Shown: positions 12,197-20,527 of the stretch, one piece after another
Layout: each line of letters starts with the position of its first letter
How positions within the stretch are numbered: the stretch's first letter is position 1
Assembly: GCA_049320885.1 (NCBI GenBank)
Contig: JBMORA010000035.1
Location: 46,369 to 110,368 of the forward strand
Source of the DNA: Thermodesulfobacteriota bacterium
GTDB taxonomy: Bacteria > Desulfobacterota > Desulfobacteria > Desulfobacterales > SURF-7
Reading direction: 5' to 3'
DNA length: 64,000 nt
Translations under genes and position numbers: made by a program
Notes under the pieces: model-generated
The model's input: only the letters and a program-made list of their open reading frames with translations
The model's database searches: none
What the model was told of the DNA's origin: nothing

Positions 12197-13651
12197 TTGA
12201 GGTCTTTTTTGAAGGATTTTTTGGATCGCAGCGAGATCATCAATGTACTCACCGGGTTCAATCCCTGGTGGAGTGAGCGTCGCCTGGCAGTGCCCCCGTT
12301 TCGGCGTCTGGCCTTTGACGCCTGCCGGCGCTATCTGGAGGATACCAGCTTGCGCCGGGCCGTGCTCCTGTCCGGGCCGCGGCGGGTGGGCAAAACCACC
12401 GTGCTTCAGCAGATGGCCCAGGCATTGGCCCAAAAAGGAGACACCCCCAGAAGCATCCTCTATCTGAGCCTGGATCATCCCCTGTTGAAATTGCTGTCCC
12501 TCCGGGAGATCCTGGCGCTCTTTCACGAGAGCACCCATCCCGACGGCCAGCCGGCCACCCTGTTGCTCGATGAAGTCCAGTACGCCCCGCAATGGGAAAC
12601 CGAGATCAAGCTGCTCATCGATCACAAGCCCCAGTATCGCATCCTGGCTACCGGCTCCGCTTCGGTGGTCCACCAGGACCGCCTGGCGGAAAGCGGCGTG
12701 GGGCGCTGGATCACCGTTCCCATTCCCACCCTTTCCTTCTTTGAATTTGTCAGCATGCGCAACCAGCTGCCCGAGGGCCTTGCTCCGGATCTGCGGGTCA
12801 GCGCCATCTTCTCCTTTTCGTCCGGCGACCTGGCCGCCCTGGCAGCCCGAATGCGGCCCCTGCAGCCGCTTTTTCAACGCTATCTTCTGGTGGGAGGTTT
12901 CCCGGAAACCGCCAACCAGGAAAACATCGACCTGTGCCAGCGGCTGTTGCGGGAAGATGTGGTGGAACGGGTGCTGAAGCGGGACATGACGGCCCTCTTC
13001 GGGGTCCGAAATATCAACGATCTCGAAAAGCTCTTCATCTATCTGTGCCTGCATTCCGGCGGTATCCTGGCCCACCAGGCCTGCGCCCGGGATTTGGGCA
13101 CCACCACCACCACGGTGGCCAACCACCTGACCCTGCTGGAACAGGCCAATCTCATCTATCGCCTGCCGCCTTCCGGGCTGAGTGGCAAACGCATGCTCAA
13201 GGCCCGCAACAAATACTATCTGGTGGATGCGGCCCTGCGCAATGCCGTGCTCCTCAAAGGGGAAGAGATCTTCACCAGCCCCGAGGAGATGGGTACCATC
13301 GTTGCGACCACCGTGCTGCGCCACCTGTTTGTCTACTATTACCGGGACACGCCGGAGATCGTCTACTGGCGGGATGCCATAACCCAGAAGGAGGTGGACA
13401 TCATCGTGCGCAGCCCGGCATATGTGTTGCCGTTTGAAGTCAAATACAGCGCCAAACCGCAATTGGATGCAAAGAGCGGGCTGGGCATCTACTGCGCATC
13501 GGAAAACCCGAAGCAGGGGTATCTGGTGACCCAGCGGGATGCGGATTTTGCGGTTACCCGGTTGAAGGGTGTGGATACGACCTTTTTGAAGATTCCGGCG
13601 TATATTCTCTGTTATTTGTTGGGGCAGTCGGAGCGGTTGTTGTGGGGCTAA
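12197..13651 (+). CDS. AAA_14 plus DUF4143 ATPase
   Basis: GPRRVGKTT, LLDEVQY, ATGS, GGFPE, YWRD..QKEVD and PFEVK motifs. Confidence 0.88.
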   Translation: MRSFLKDFLDRSEIINVLTGFNPWWSERRLAVPPFRRLAFDACRRYLEDTSLRRAVLLSGPRRVGKTTVLQQMAQALAQKGDTPRSILYLSLDHPLLKLLSLREILALFHESTHPDGQPATLLLDEVQYAPQWETEIKLLIDHKPQYRILATGSASVVHQDRLAESGVGRWITVPIPTLSFFEFVSMRNQLPEGLAPDLRVSAIFSFSSGDLAALAARMRPLQPLFQRYLLVGGFPETANQENIDLCQRLLREDVVERVLKRDMTALFGVRNINDLEKLFIYLCLHSGGILAHQACARDLGTTTTTVANHLTLLEQANLIYRLPPSGLSGKRMLKARNKYYLVDAALRNAVLLKGEEIFTSPEEMGTIVATTVLRHLFVYYYRDTPEIVYWRDAITQKEVDIIVRSPAYVLPFEVKYSAKPQLDAKSGLGIYCASENPKQGYLVTQRDADFAVTRLKGVDTTFLKIPAYILCYLLGQSERLLWG

Positions 13652-13706
13652 ATAGAATCAATCCAATCCCGCCCGAACCTGGCGGATTCCATTGGCTGTA
13701 TTGCTG

Positions 13707-13843
13707 GTTCAAGGTTGAAAAGTTCAAGGTTCAAGGTTGCCAGGTTCAATGTATAAGGTTGGTTGTTACGGGGCTTTCAAACTTTGAACCTTGAACATTT
13801 GAACTTTGAACAGTCTTTACCTTTGAACCAGTTAACTTTGAAC
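13707..13843. repeat. Heptamer-based inverted repeat (GTTCAAG)n ... (CTTGAAC)n
   Basis: About 5 forward units followed by about 6 reverse-complement units; intergenic hairpin. Confidence 0.8.
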
Positions 13844-13866
13844 TTACTATCGTTGCAGTTTAAAAC

Positions 13867-14820
13867 ATGATCGAAGCCTATATTGAAAAATTCAAAAAGC
13901 TGCGGACTGACAGGAATCGAAAAATCTGGACGGAGCGCACTTCTTACCGCGCGCCCCACAAACCTTTCCTGCTGCTCTCGATCATGGATCTCATCAACCA
14001 GGGAGACATCACCGCCAATTTCATTGAACCGACCTTCGACCTGGTGGAGATGTTCAATACCTACTGGTCGGCCGTCATGCCGCCCGCAGCCTCCACCAGT
14101 ATGGCCTATCCGTTTTATCATATGCGCAGCGAAGGCTTCTGGAAGCTCGTACCGGACATCGACACCCCGGTTTATTCCGTCAGTAAATTGCGTGAGCACT
14201 ACCAGGGTGCCATCATCGACGAGACCCTGTTCCTACTCTTACAGCAGTCCGCCAGCCAGCACCAGCTGCGCACAGCCCTGATCACCACCTATTTCGCCCC
14301 GGACCTGCAGCCATTAGTCTTCGAACAGGGCGTAGTAAGCTACCAGGCCCATGCCTATGGCCAGGAACTGCTGCGGATTGCCGAGTCGGCAGCCGGTTTT
14401 GAAAAGACTGTGCCGCCGGCCCTCCAGGAACCGAAAGTCCGCGACCAGGCCTTCCGCAAGGTGATCGTATCCCTGTACAACCACCGCTGTGCCCTCTGCG
14501 GCATCCGCATGCTCACCCCCGAAGGCCATACCGTGGTGGAAGCCGCCCACATCGTCCCTTGGCATAAAAGCCAGGATGATCGGCCCAGCAATGGGCTTTC
14601 TCTCTGCCGCCTCTGCCACTGGTCTTTTGACGAGGGCCTCATGAGCGTTGGTAAAGAGTACGAAGTCCTGGTTTCCAAACGCGTCACTCTGGAAAACAAT
14701 TTTCCAGGGCATATGTTGACTCTTTCGGACCGACGGATCTTCCGTCCCGATGATCAAAAATATTGGCCGGATCAGGAGAATTTAAATTGGCATCGTCAGA
14801 AATTTTATGAAAGGTTGTAA
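13867..14820 (+). CDS. HNH endonuclease with an SBD-like N-terminus (putative phosphorothioate-dependent type IV restriction enzyme)
   Basis: [10 protein letters not shown] and YPFYHM..EGFW N-terminal motifs; CALCG...EAAHI...[17 protein letters not shown] domain. Confidence 0.75.
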   Translation: MIEAYIEKFKKLRTDRNRKIWTERTSYRAPHKPFLLLSIMDLINQGDITANFIEPTFDLVEMFNTYWSAVMPPAASTSMAYPFYHMRSEGFWKLVPDIDTPVYSVSKLREHYQGAIIDETLFLLLQQSASQHQLRTALITTYFAPDLQPLVFEQGVVSYQAHAYGQELLRIAESAAGFEKTVPPALQEPKVRDQAFRKVIVSLYNHRCALCGIRMLTPEGHTVVEAAHIVPWHKSQDDRPSNGLSLCRLCHWSFDEGLMSVGKEYEVLVSKRVTLENNFPGHMLTLSDRRIFRPDDQKYWPDQENLNWHRQKFYERL

Positions 14821-14875
14821 AAATCCGGATCAGACGCTATCAATTCACGAGTGTCCAAGAGGGTTTGTGGCCCAT

Positions 14876-17260
14876 ATGGATAAAAAAAAGCTGAGTGAAC
14901 GCGACATCTGCACCAAATTCATCACCCCGGCTCTGGAACGCGCGGGTTGGGATATCAGCACCCAGGTTCGGGAAGAATTTCCCCTTACCAACGGGCGTAT
15001 CATCGTGCGTGGCAAGCTGTATACCCGCGCCAAGCACAAGCGCGCCGATTATGTCCTGTTTTACAAGCCGAATATTCCCATTGCCATTATCGAAGCCAAG
15101 GACAACAACCACACGGTTGGCGATGGCATGCAACAGGCCCTGGGCTATGCTGACATGCTGCAAGTGCCGTTTGTATTCAGCTCCAACGGCGATGGCTTTT
15201 TGTTTCACAACAGAATTGCCGCAGATGGCGTTATCGAGCGTGAGCTCTCACTTAACGAATTTCCCTCTGTGGAAACATTATGGCAACTATGGGGGCAACA
15301 TCGCGGGCTGAACGACCAGCAGAATGCGTTGGTCACGCAGGATTATTATAGCGACGTAAGCGGCAAGAACCCGCGCTATTACCAGTTATTGGCCATTAAC
15401 AAAACCATTGAGGCAATCGCTCAGGGGAAAAATCGTATTCTTCTGGTGATGGCAACCGGCACCGGCAAAACCTTCACCGCCTTTCAAATCATCTGGCGTT
15501 TATGGAAGTCCAGGGCAAAAAAACGAATCCTGTTTCTTGCCGACCGCAACATTTTGATCGACCAGACCATGACCAATGATTTCAAACCATTCGGTTCGGC
15601 CATGACCAAGATCCAGAAGCGGCAGACCAATAAGTCCTACGAGATTTACCTTTCCCTCTATCAGGCTGTTACCGGAAATGAGGAAGAGAAAAACATTTAT
15701 AAGCAGTTCAGCCCCGATTTTTTCGATCTGATCATTATTGATGAATGCCATCGGGGCAGTGCGGCCGCCGATTCGGCCTGGCGTGAAATCCTCGAATATT
15801 TCACCTCCGCCACCCAGATCGGTCTTACCGCCACCCCCAAGGAGACCAAAGAAGTTTCCAATATCGATTACTTTGGCGACCCCATCTATACTTACAGTCT
15901 TCGGCAGGGAATCGACGACGGTTTCCTTGCCCCTTATAAGGTCGTGCGCATCGATTTCGACCGGGATTTGACCGGCTGGCGACCCGACAAGGGCATGATC
16001 GACAAGTACGGCAACGAAATCGAGGACCGCATTTACAACCAAAAGGATTTCGACAAGACCCTGGTCCTTGAACAGCGCACCCAGTTGGTGGCCAAAAAGA
16101 TCACCGAATTCCTCAGGCAGACCAACCGCTTCGACAAAGCCATCGTCTTTTGCGAAAACATCGACCATGCCGAGCGCATGCGCCAGGCCCTGGTCAATGA
16201 AAACGCCGACCTGGTGGCGCAAAACAGCAAATACGTCATGCGCATCACCGGCGACAACGAGGAAGGCAAAGCCGAGCTCGATAACTTCATTTTTCCGGAG
16301 AGTAAATACCCGGTTATTGCCACCACTTCCAAGCTGATGACCACCGGCGTGGATGCTCAGACCTGCAAACTCATCGTGCTCGACCAGCGCATTCAGTCCA
16401 TGACCGAATTCAAGCAGATCATCGGGCGCGGCACCCGCATCAATGAAGACTACGGCAAGTACTATTTCACCATCATTGACTTTAAAAAGGCCACCGAGTT
16501 GTTTGCCGACCCTGATTTCGACGGTGATCCGGTCCAGATCTACGAACCCAAGGGGGATGAATCACCGGTGCCGCCGGATATTCCCGGCGAGGCCGAAAGT
16601 GGCAGCGGCGTCACCTACCCGGAACCAGGAGGCGAGCAGGATTGGACCGGCGTCGCCGAACCCGGCCCAGAAGAGGAGGGCGACGGAACTCGCCGTTACG
16701 TCGTGGCCAATGTCGAGGTCAAGGTTGCCGCCGAGCGCGTCCAGTATTTCGACGCCAACGGTAAACTGATCACCGAATCCCTCAAGGACTACACCCGCAA
16801 GGCCCTGGCTAGGGAATACGCCTCCCTCGACGATTTCCTCCGCCGCTGGACCAGCACCGAAAAGAAGCAGGCCATCATCGACGAACTCTCCGAACAGGGG
16901 GTGTTCTTCGATGCCCTTGCCGATGAGATCGGGCGGCAATCCGGCAAAGCATTCGATCCGTTCGATCTGGTCTGCCATGTCGCTTGGGATATGCCGCCTC
17001 TTACCCGCAAGGAACGGGCGGAACAGGTGAAGAAACGTAACTACTTCACCCAATACGGCGAGCAGGCCCGTCGCGTGCTGGAAGCGCTGCTCGACAAGTA
17101 CGCCGATGAAGGCGTGGCCCCCATCGAAGAGACGCAGATTCTCACCATTGCCCCTTTTACCAAATTCGGCACCCCGCTGGAAATTATCCGCGCCTTTGGG
17201 GGGCTGGATCAGTATCAGCAGGCTGTGCATGAGCTGGAGGATGCGCTTTATGCCGGATAA
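14876..17260 (+). CDS. hsdR: Type I restriction enzyme R subunit (EcoAI/EcoEI-like)
   Basis: ADYVL..IIEAK nuclease motif; [18 protein letters not shown] and QIIGRGTR helicase motifs. Confidence 0.95.
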   Translation: MDKKKLSERDICTKFITPALERAGWDISTQVREEFPLTNGRIIVRGKLYTRAKHKRADYVLFYKPNIPIAIIEAKDNNHTVGDGMQQALGYADMLQVPFVFSSNGDGFLFHNRIAADGVIERELSLNEFPSVETLWQLWGQHRGLNDQQNALVTQDYYSDVSGKNPRYYQLLAINKTIEAIAQGKNRILLVMATGTGKTFTAFQIIWRLWKSRAKKRILFLADRNILIDQTMTNDFKPFGSAMTKIQKRQTNKSYEIYLSLYQAVTGNEEEKNIYKQFSPDFFDLIIIDECHRGSAAADSAWREILEYFTSATQIGLTATPKETKEVSNIDYFGDPIYTYSLRQGIDDGFLAPYKVVRIDFDRDLTGWRPDKGMIDKYGNEIEDRIYNQKDFDKTLVLEQRTQLVAKKITEFLRQTNRFDKAIVFCENIDHAERMRQALVNENADLVAQNSKYVMRITGDNEEGKAELDNFIFPESKYPVIATTSKLMTTGVDAQTCKLIVLDQRIQSMTEFKQIIGRGTRINEDYGKYYFTIIDFKKATELFADPDFDGDPVQIYEPKGDESPVPPDIPGEAESGSGVTYPEPGGEQDWTGVAEPGPEEEGDGTRRYVVANVEVKVAAERVQYFDANGKLITESLKDYTRKALAREYASLDDFLRRWTSTEKKQAIIDELSEQGVFFDALADEIGRQSGKAFDPFDLVCHVAWDMPPLTRKERAEQVKKRNYFTQYGEQARRVLEALLDKYADEGVAPIEETQILTIAPFTKFGTPLEIIRAFGGLDQYQQAVHELEDALYAG

Positions 17261-17714
17261 ACAAACCTCACACGAAGGCACGAAAACACGAAGGGATAAA
17301 GAAGGGTTATCCAAGATCGTTGTGGATTGTGCATACCGGATGCATGTTGAGATCGGGCCGGGGTTGCTCGAGTCTGTTTATGAGGCGGTACTGGAGAAAC
17401 TGCTATTGGAGAAAGGTCTCAGGGTAAATCGACAAAAGTCCATACCGATTGAGGTGATGGGTCTTTCCATCCATGAAGGATTCAGGGCTGATCTGATCGT
17501 GGAGGATCTTCTGCTGATTGAGCTTAAATCAGTAGAAAAACTCGCCCCGGTTCATTCCAAACAAGTCCTGACCTACCTTCGGCTTCTCAATCTGCCTCTC
17601 GGACTCCTCCTCAACTTCGGCGCAGCCACGTTCAAAGAAGGCTGCAAGCGCATCGTCAACGGCAAACAGGACTTCGTGTCTTCGTGCCTTCGTGTGAACC
17701 AAAAAGGATACTAA
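17250..17714 (+). CDS. GxxExxY protein (PD-(D/E)XK-like, PDDEXK_3 family)
   Basis: [33 protein letters not shown] and GLLLNFG motifs; start overlaps the hsdR stop. Confidence 0.9.
   Translation: MPDKQTSHEGTKTRRDKEGLSKIVVDCAYRMHVEIGPGLLESVYEAVLEKLLLEKGLRVNRQKSIPIEVMGLSIHEGFRADLIVEDLLLIELKSVEKLAPVHSKQVLTYLRLLNLPLGLLLNFGAATFKEGCKRIVNGKQDFVSSCLRVNQKGY
17268..17697. repeat. 26-bp inverted repeats enclosing the GxxExxY gene body
   Basis: TCACACGAAGGCACGAAAACACGAAG (17268-17293) versus CTTCGTGTCTTCGTGCCTTCGTGTGA (17672-17697), 25/26 complementary. Confidence 0.92.
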
Positions 17715-17716
17715 TC

Positions 17717-19183
17717 ATGTCACTGACCAACCTGATCAAAACCATTCAGGACATCATGCGCAAGGATGTCGGCGTCGATGGCGACGCTCAGCGCATCAGC
17801 CAGATGGTCTGGCTGATTTTCCTGAAGATCTTCGACGACAAGGAGCAGGAGTGGCAGCTCACCGTGCCCGGCTACAAATCGCCGCTGCCCAGCCGTTTCC
17901 GCTGGTCCAGCTGGGCCAAGAACCCCGAGGGGATGACCGGCGAGGAATTGATCGACTTCGTCAACAATGACCTCTTCCCGGCGCTTAAAAAACTGGCCAT
18001 CACAGCCGGCGTGTCGACCCATGGCAAGGTGGTCGGTTCGGTGTTCGAGGACGCCTACAACTATATGAAATCAGGTCATCTCCTGCGCCAGGTGATCAAC
18101 ACCATCGAAGCGGATGTGGACTTCAACAAATCCAGCGACCGGCACCTGTTCAACGACATCTACGAAAAGATTCTTTCTGACCTGCAATCGGCCGGTAACG
18201 CAGGTGAATACTACACCCCCCGCGCCGTCACCCGGTTCATGGTCGACATGCTCGATCCTCGACTCGGGCAAACCATTCTCGACCCGGCCTGCGGCACCGG
18301 CGGCTTTCTGACCTGCGCCATCGAGCACCTGAACAAGCAGGTCAAAACCGCCGAGGACCGCAAGCGCCTGCAGGGGTGTATCCACGGCGTGGAGAAGAAA
18401 CCCCTGCCGCACATGCTGGCCATGACCAACATGATGCTGCACGGCATCGATGTGCCCACCAACGTCCACCACGACAACACCCTGAGCCGACCGCTGAAGG
18501 ATTACGGCCCCCGCGACCGGGTTGACCTGATCATCACCAACCCGCCCTTTGGCGGCATGGAAGAGGATGGAATCGAGAATAACTTCCCGCGCAAGTACCA
18601 GACCCGCGAGACCGCCGACCTCTTCATGGCGCTGATCATGCACCGCTTGAAGCACGATACCGGCAAGGCCGCCGTGGTTCTGCCCGACGGCTTTCTGTTC
18701 GGCGAGGGAACCAAAACCAATCTGAAGCGCGAATTGTTGGAGGAATTCAATCTGCACACCATCGTGCGCCTCCCCAAAGGCGTGTTCAGCCCCTATACCA
18801 GTATCGCCACCAACATCCTCTTTTTCGAAAAAGGCGATCCGACCAAGGAGGTCTGGTTCTTCGAGCACCCGTATCCTGAGGGCTACAAATCCTACTCCCG
18901 CTCCAAGCCCCTGACCATCGCCGAGTTCGATCTCGAAAAAGCCTGGTGGGGCGGAGCCGGGCGCAAGGGCCGCAAGACCACCGAACAGGCCTGGAAGGTT
19001 TCGGCCAAGGAACTGGCTGAACGCAACTACAACCTGGACTGCAAGAACCCGCACCAGGTGGAGGTCAACCACCGCGATCCGGAAGAGTTGATGGCCGAAT
19101 ACCGGCAGATCGTCCACCAGCTCGAAGCGGCGCAGGCAGCCTTGAAAGCCGAGTTGACGGCCTGCCTGGGGGGCAAGTCATGA
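17717..19183 (+). CDS. hsdM: Type I RM N6-adenine methyltransferase
   Basis: GEYYTPR, DPACGTGGFL and TNPPFG motifs. Confidence 0.95.
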   Translation: MSLTNLIKTIQDIMRKDVGVDGDAQRISQMVWLIFLKIFDDKEQEWQLTVPGYKSPLPSRFRWSSWAKNPEGMTGEELIDFVNNDLFPALKKLAITAGVSTHGKVVGSVFEDAYNYMKSGHLLRQVINTIEADVDFNKSSDRHLFNDIYEKILSDLQSAGNAGEYYTPRAVTRFMVDMLDPRLGQTILDPACGTGGFLTCAIEHLNKQVKTAEDRKRLQGCIHGVEKKPLPHMLAMTNMMLHGIDVPTNVHHDNTLSRPLKDYGPRDRVDLIITNPPFGGMEEDGIENNFPRKYQTRETADLFMALIMHRLKHDTGKAAVVLPDGFLFGEGTKTNLKRELLEEFNLHTIVRLPKGVFSPYTSIATNILFFEKGDPTKEVWFFEHPYPEGYKSYSRSKPLTIAEFDLEKAWWGGAGRKGRKTTEQAWKVSAKELAERNYNLDCKNPHQVEVNHRDPEELMAEYRQIVHQLEAAQAALKAELTACLGGKS

Positions 19184-20340
19184 GCGACGTGCAGTTGACA
19201 ACTCCGGAATACCGCGACTGGCTGAAGGAGATCAAGCAGCGATTGCGGCAGGCGCAGGTGAAGGCGGCGGTGCAGGTGAATACCGCCTTGCTGACCTTCT
19301 ACTGGGAGCTGGGCGCGGACATTGTGGAGCGCCAGAAATCGGCTCTATGGGGCAGCGGATTTCTGAAACAGTTGAGCGCCGACCTGATGGCGGAGTTTCC
19401 GGACATGAAGGGGTTTTCGCGGCGGAACCTTGAACAGATTCGCCGCTGGTATCTGTTTTATGCCGAAGGGATTACAAATTGCGCAACAAGCTGTGGCACA
19501 ATTGGGCAGCAAGCTGTTGTCCAATTACCGGAAAAGAGGGGAGAATCAATTGCGAAGCAGCCTGCTGCGCAATTGGCCGACAGTTCAGTTCCGTCACACC
19601 TCGTGGCCAAATTGGTTCAGATTCCCTGGTGGCATAATGTGGTGATTATCTCCAAATGCAAGGATGTGACCGAAGCGATTTACTATGTAAACAAGACCAT
19701 CGATCATAACTGGAGCCGGAATGTCCTGACCCACCAGATTGAGAGCGGTTTGTATGTGCGCGAGGGAAAGGCGGTCACCAATTTTGCACAGACCTTACCG
19801 GCTCCACAGTCGGATTTGGCGCAACAGTTGATGAAAGATCCCTACAATTTTGATTTTTTAACGCTGACCAAAGACTACAACGAACGGGAGCTTGAAAAGG
19901 CGCTGACTGACCATATCACCAAATTTCTTTTAGAGCTGGGTGCCGGTTTCGCCTATGTGGGACGCCAAAAAGAGTTGCAGGTGGGTGAGCGGGATTTCTT
20001 CCTCGATTTGCTATTTTACCACACCAAACTTCATTGCTATGTCGTCATTGAGCTCAAGACCGGCGAGTTTGAACCGGAGTATGCCGGTAAACTTAATTTT
20101 TATCTGAAGGCGGTGGATGAGCAGCTGCGCGGGGATCGGGATGAGCCGACCATTGGCATTCTGCTCTGCAAAACCCGAGATCGCGTCGTGGTGGAGTATG
20201 CGCTGAGTGACATTAGCAAACCCATGGGCGTTTCGGAATACCAGCTTACCCGCGCCCTGCCGGATAACCTGAAATCGAGCCTGCCCTCCATTGAGGAACT
20301 GGAAGCGGAGTTCGGCAACCCGGAGGGAGATGATGAATAA
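19180..20340 (+). CDS. Second DUF1016/YhcG-family nuclease, inside the hsd operon
   Basis: FYWELG, KDPYNFDFL and DLLFYH..LHCYVVIELK motifs; ATGA overlap with hsdM. Confidence 0.9.
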   Translation: MSDVQLTTPEYRDWLKEIKQRLRQAQVKAAVQVNTALLTFYWELGADIVERQKSALWGSGFLKQLSADLMAEFPDMKGFSRRNLEQIRRWYLFYAEGITNCATSCGTIGQQAVVQLPEKRGESIAKQPAAQLADSSVPSHLVAKLVQIPWWHNVVIISKCKDVTEAIYYVNKTIDHNWSRNVLTHQIESGLYVREGKAVTNFAQTLPAPQSDLAQQLMKDPYNFDFLTLTKDYNERELEKALTDHITKFLLELGAGFAYVGRQKELQVGERDFFLDLLFYHTKLHCYVVIELKTGEFEPEYAGKLNFYLKAVDEQLRGDRDEPTIGILLCKTRDRVVVEYALSDISKPMGVSEYQLTRALPDNLKSSLPSIEELEAEFGNPEGDDE

Positions 20341-20350
20341 CGGGATGGTC

Positions 20351-20527
20351 TCACACGAAGGCACGAAGACACGAAGTTTTGAAAACAGTCGTTATACCCG
20401 CGAAGGCGGGTACCCAGATTCGTGGCAACGATTTATCCAACGGCTTGCTGCACTATTTCCAATTATTCAGACCGGGAGGGGGGTATGACCAGTTCGTCCT
20501 CCTTCGTGCCTTCGTGTCTTCGTGTGA
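20351..20527. repeat. Gene-less copy of the CACGAAG inverted-repeat element, with a nested REP-like hairpin
   Basis: Arms at 20351-20376 and 20502-20527; internal TACCCGC-GAAG-GCGGGTA at about 20395-20412. Confidence 0.9.

Noticed and set aside
17262..17703. Target-site duplication (ACC) around the GxxExxY IR element
   Set aside because: Not reproduced at the sister copies (20351-20527, 28425-28569), so probably chance.
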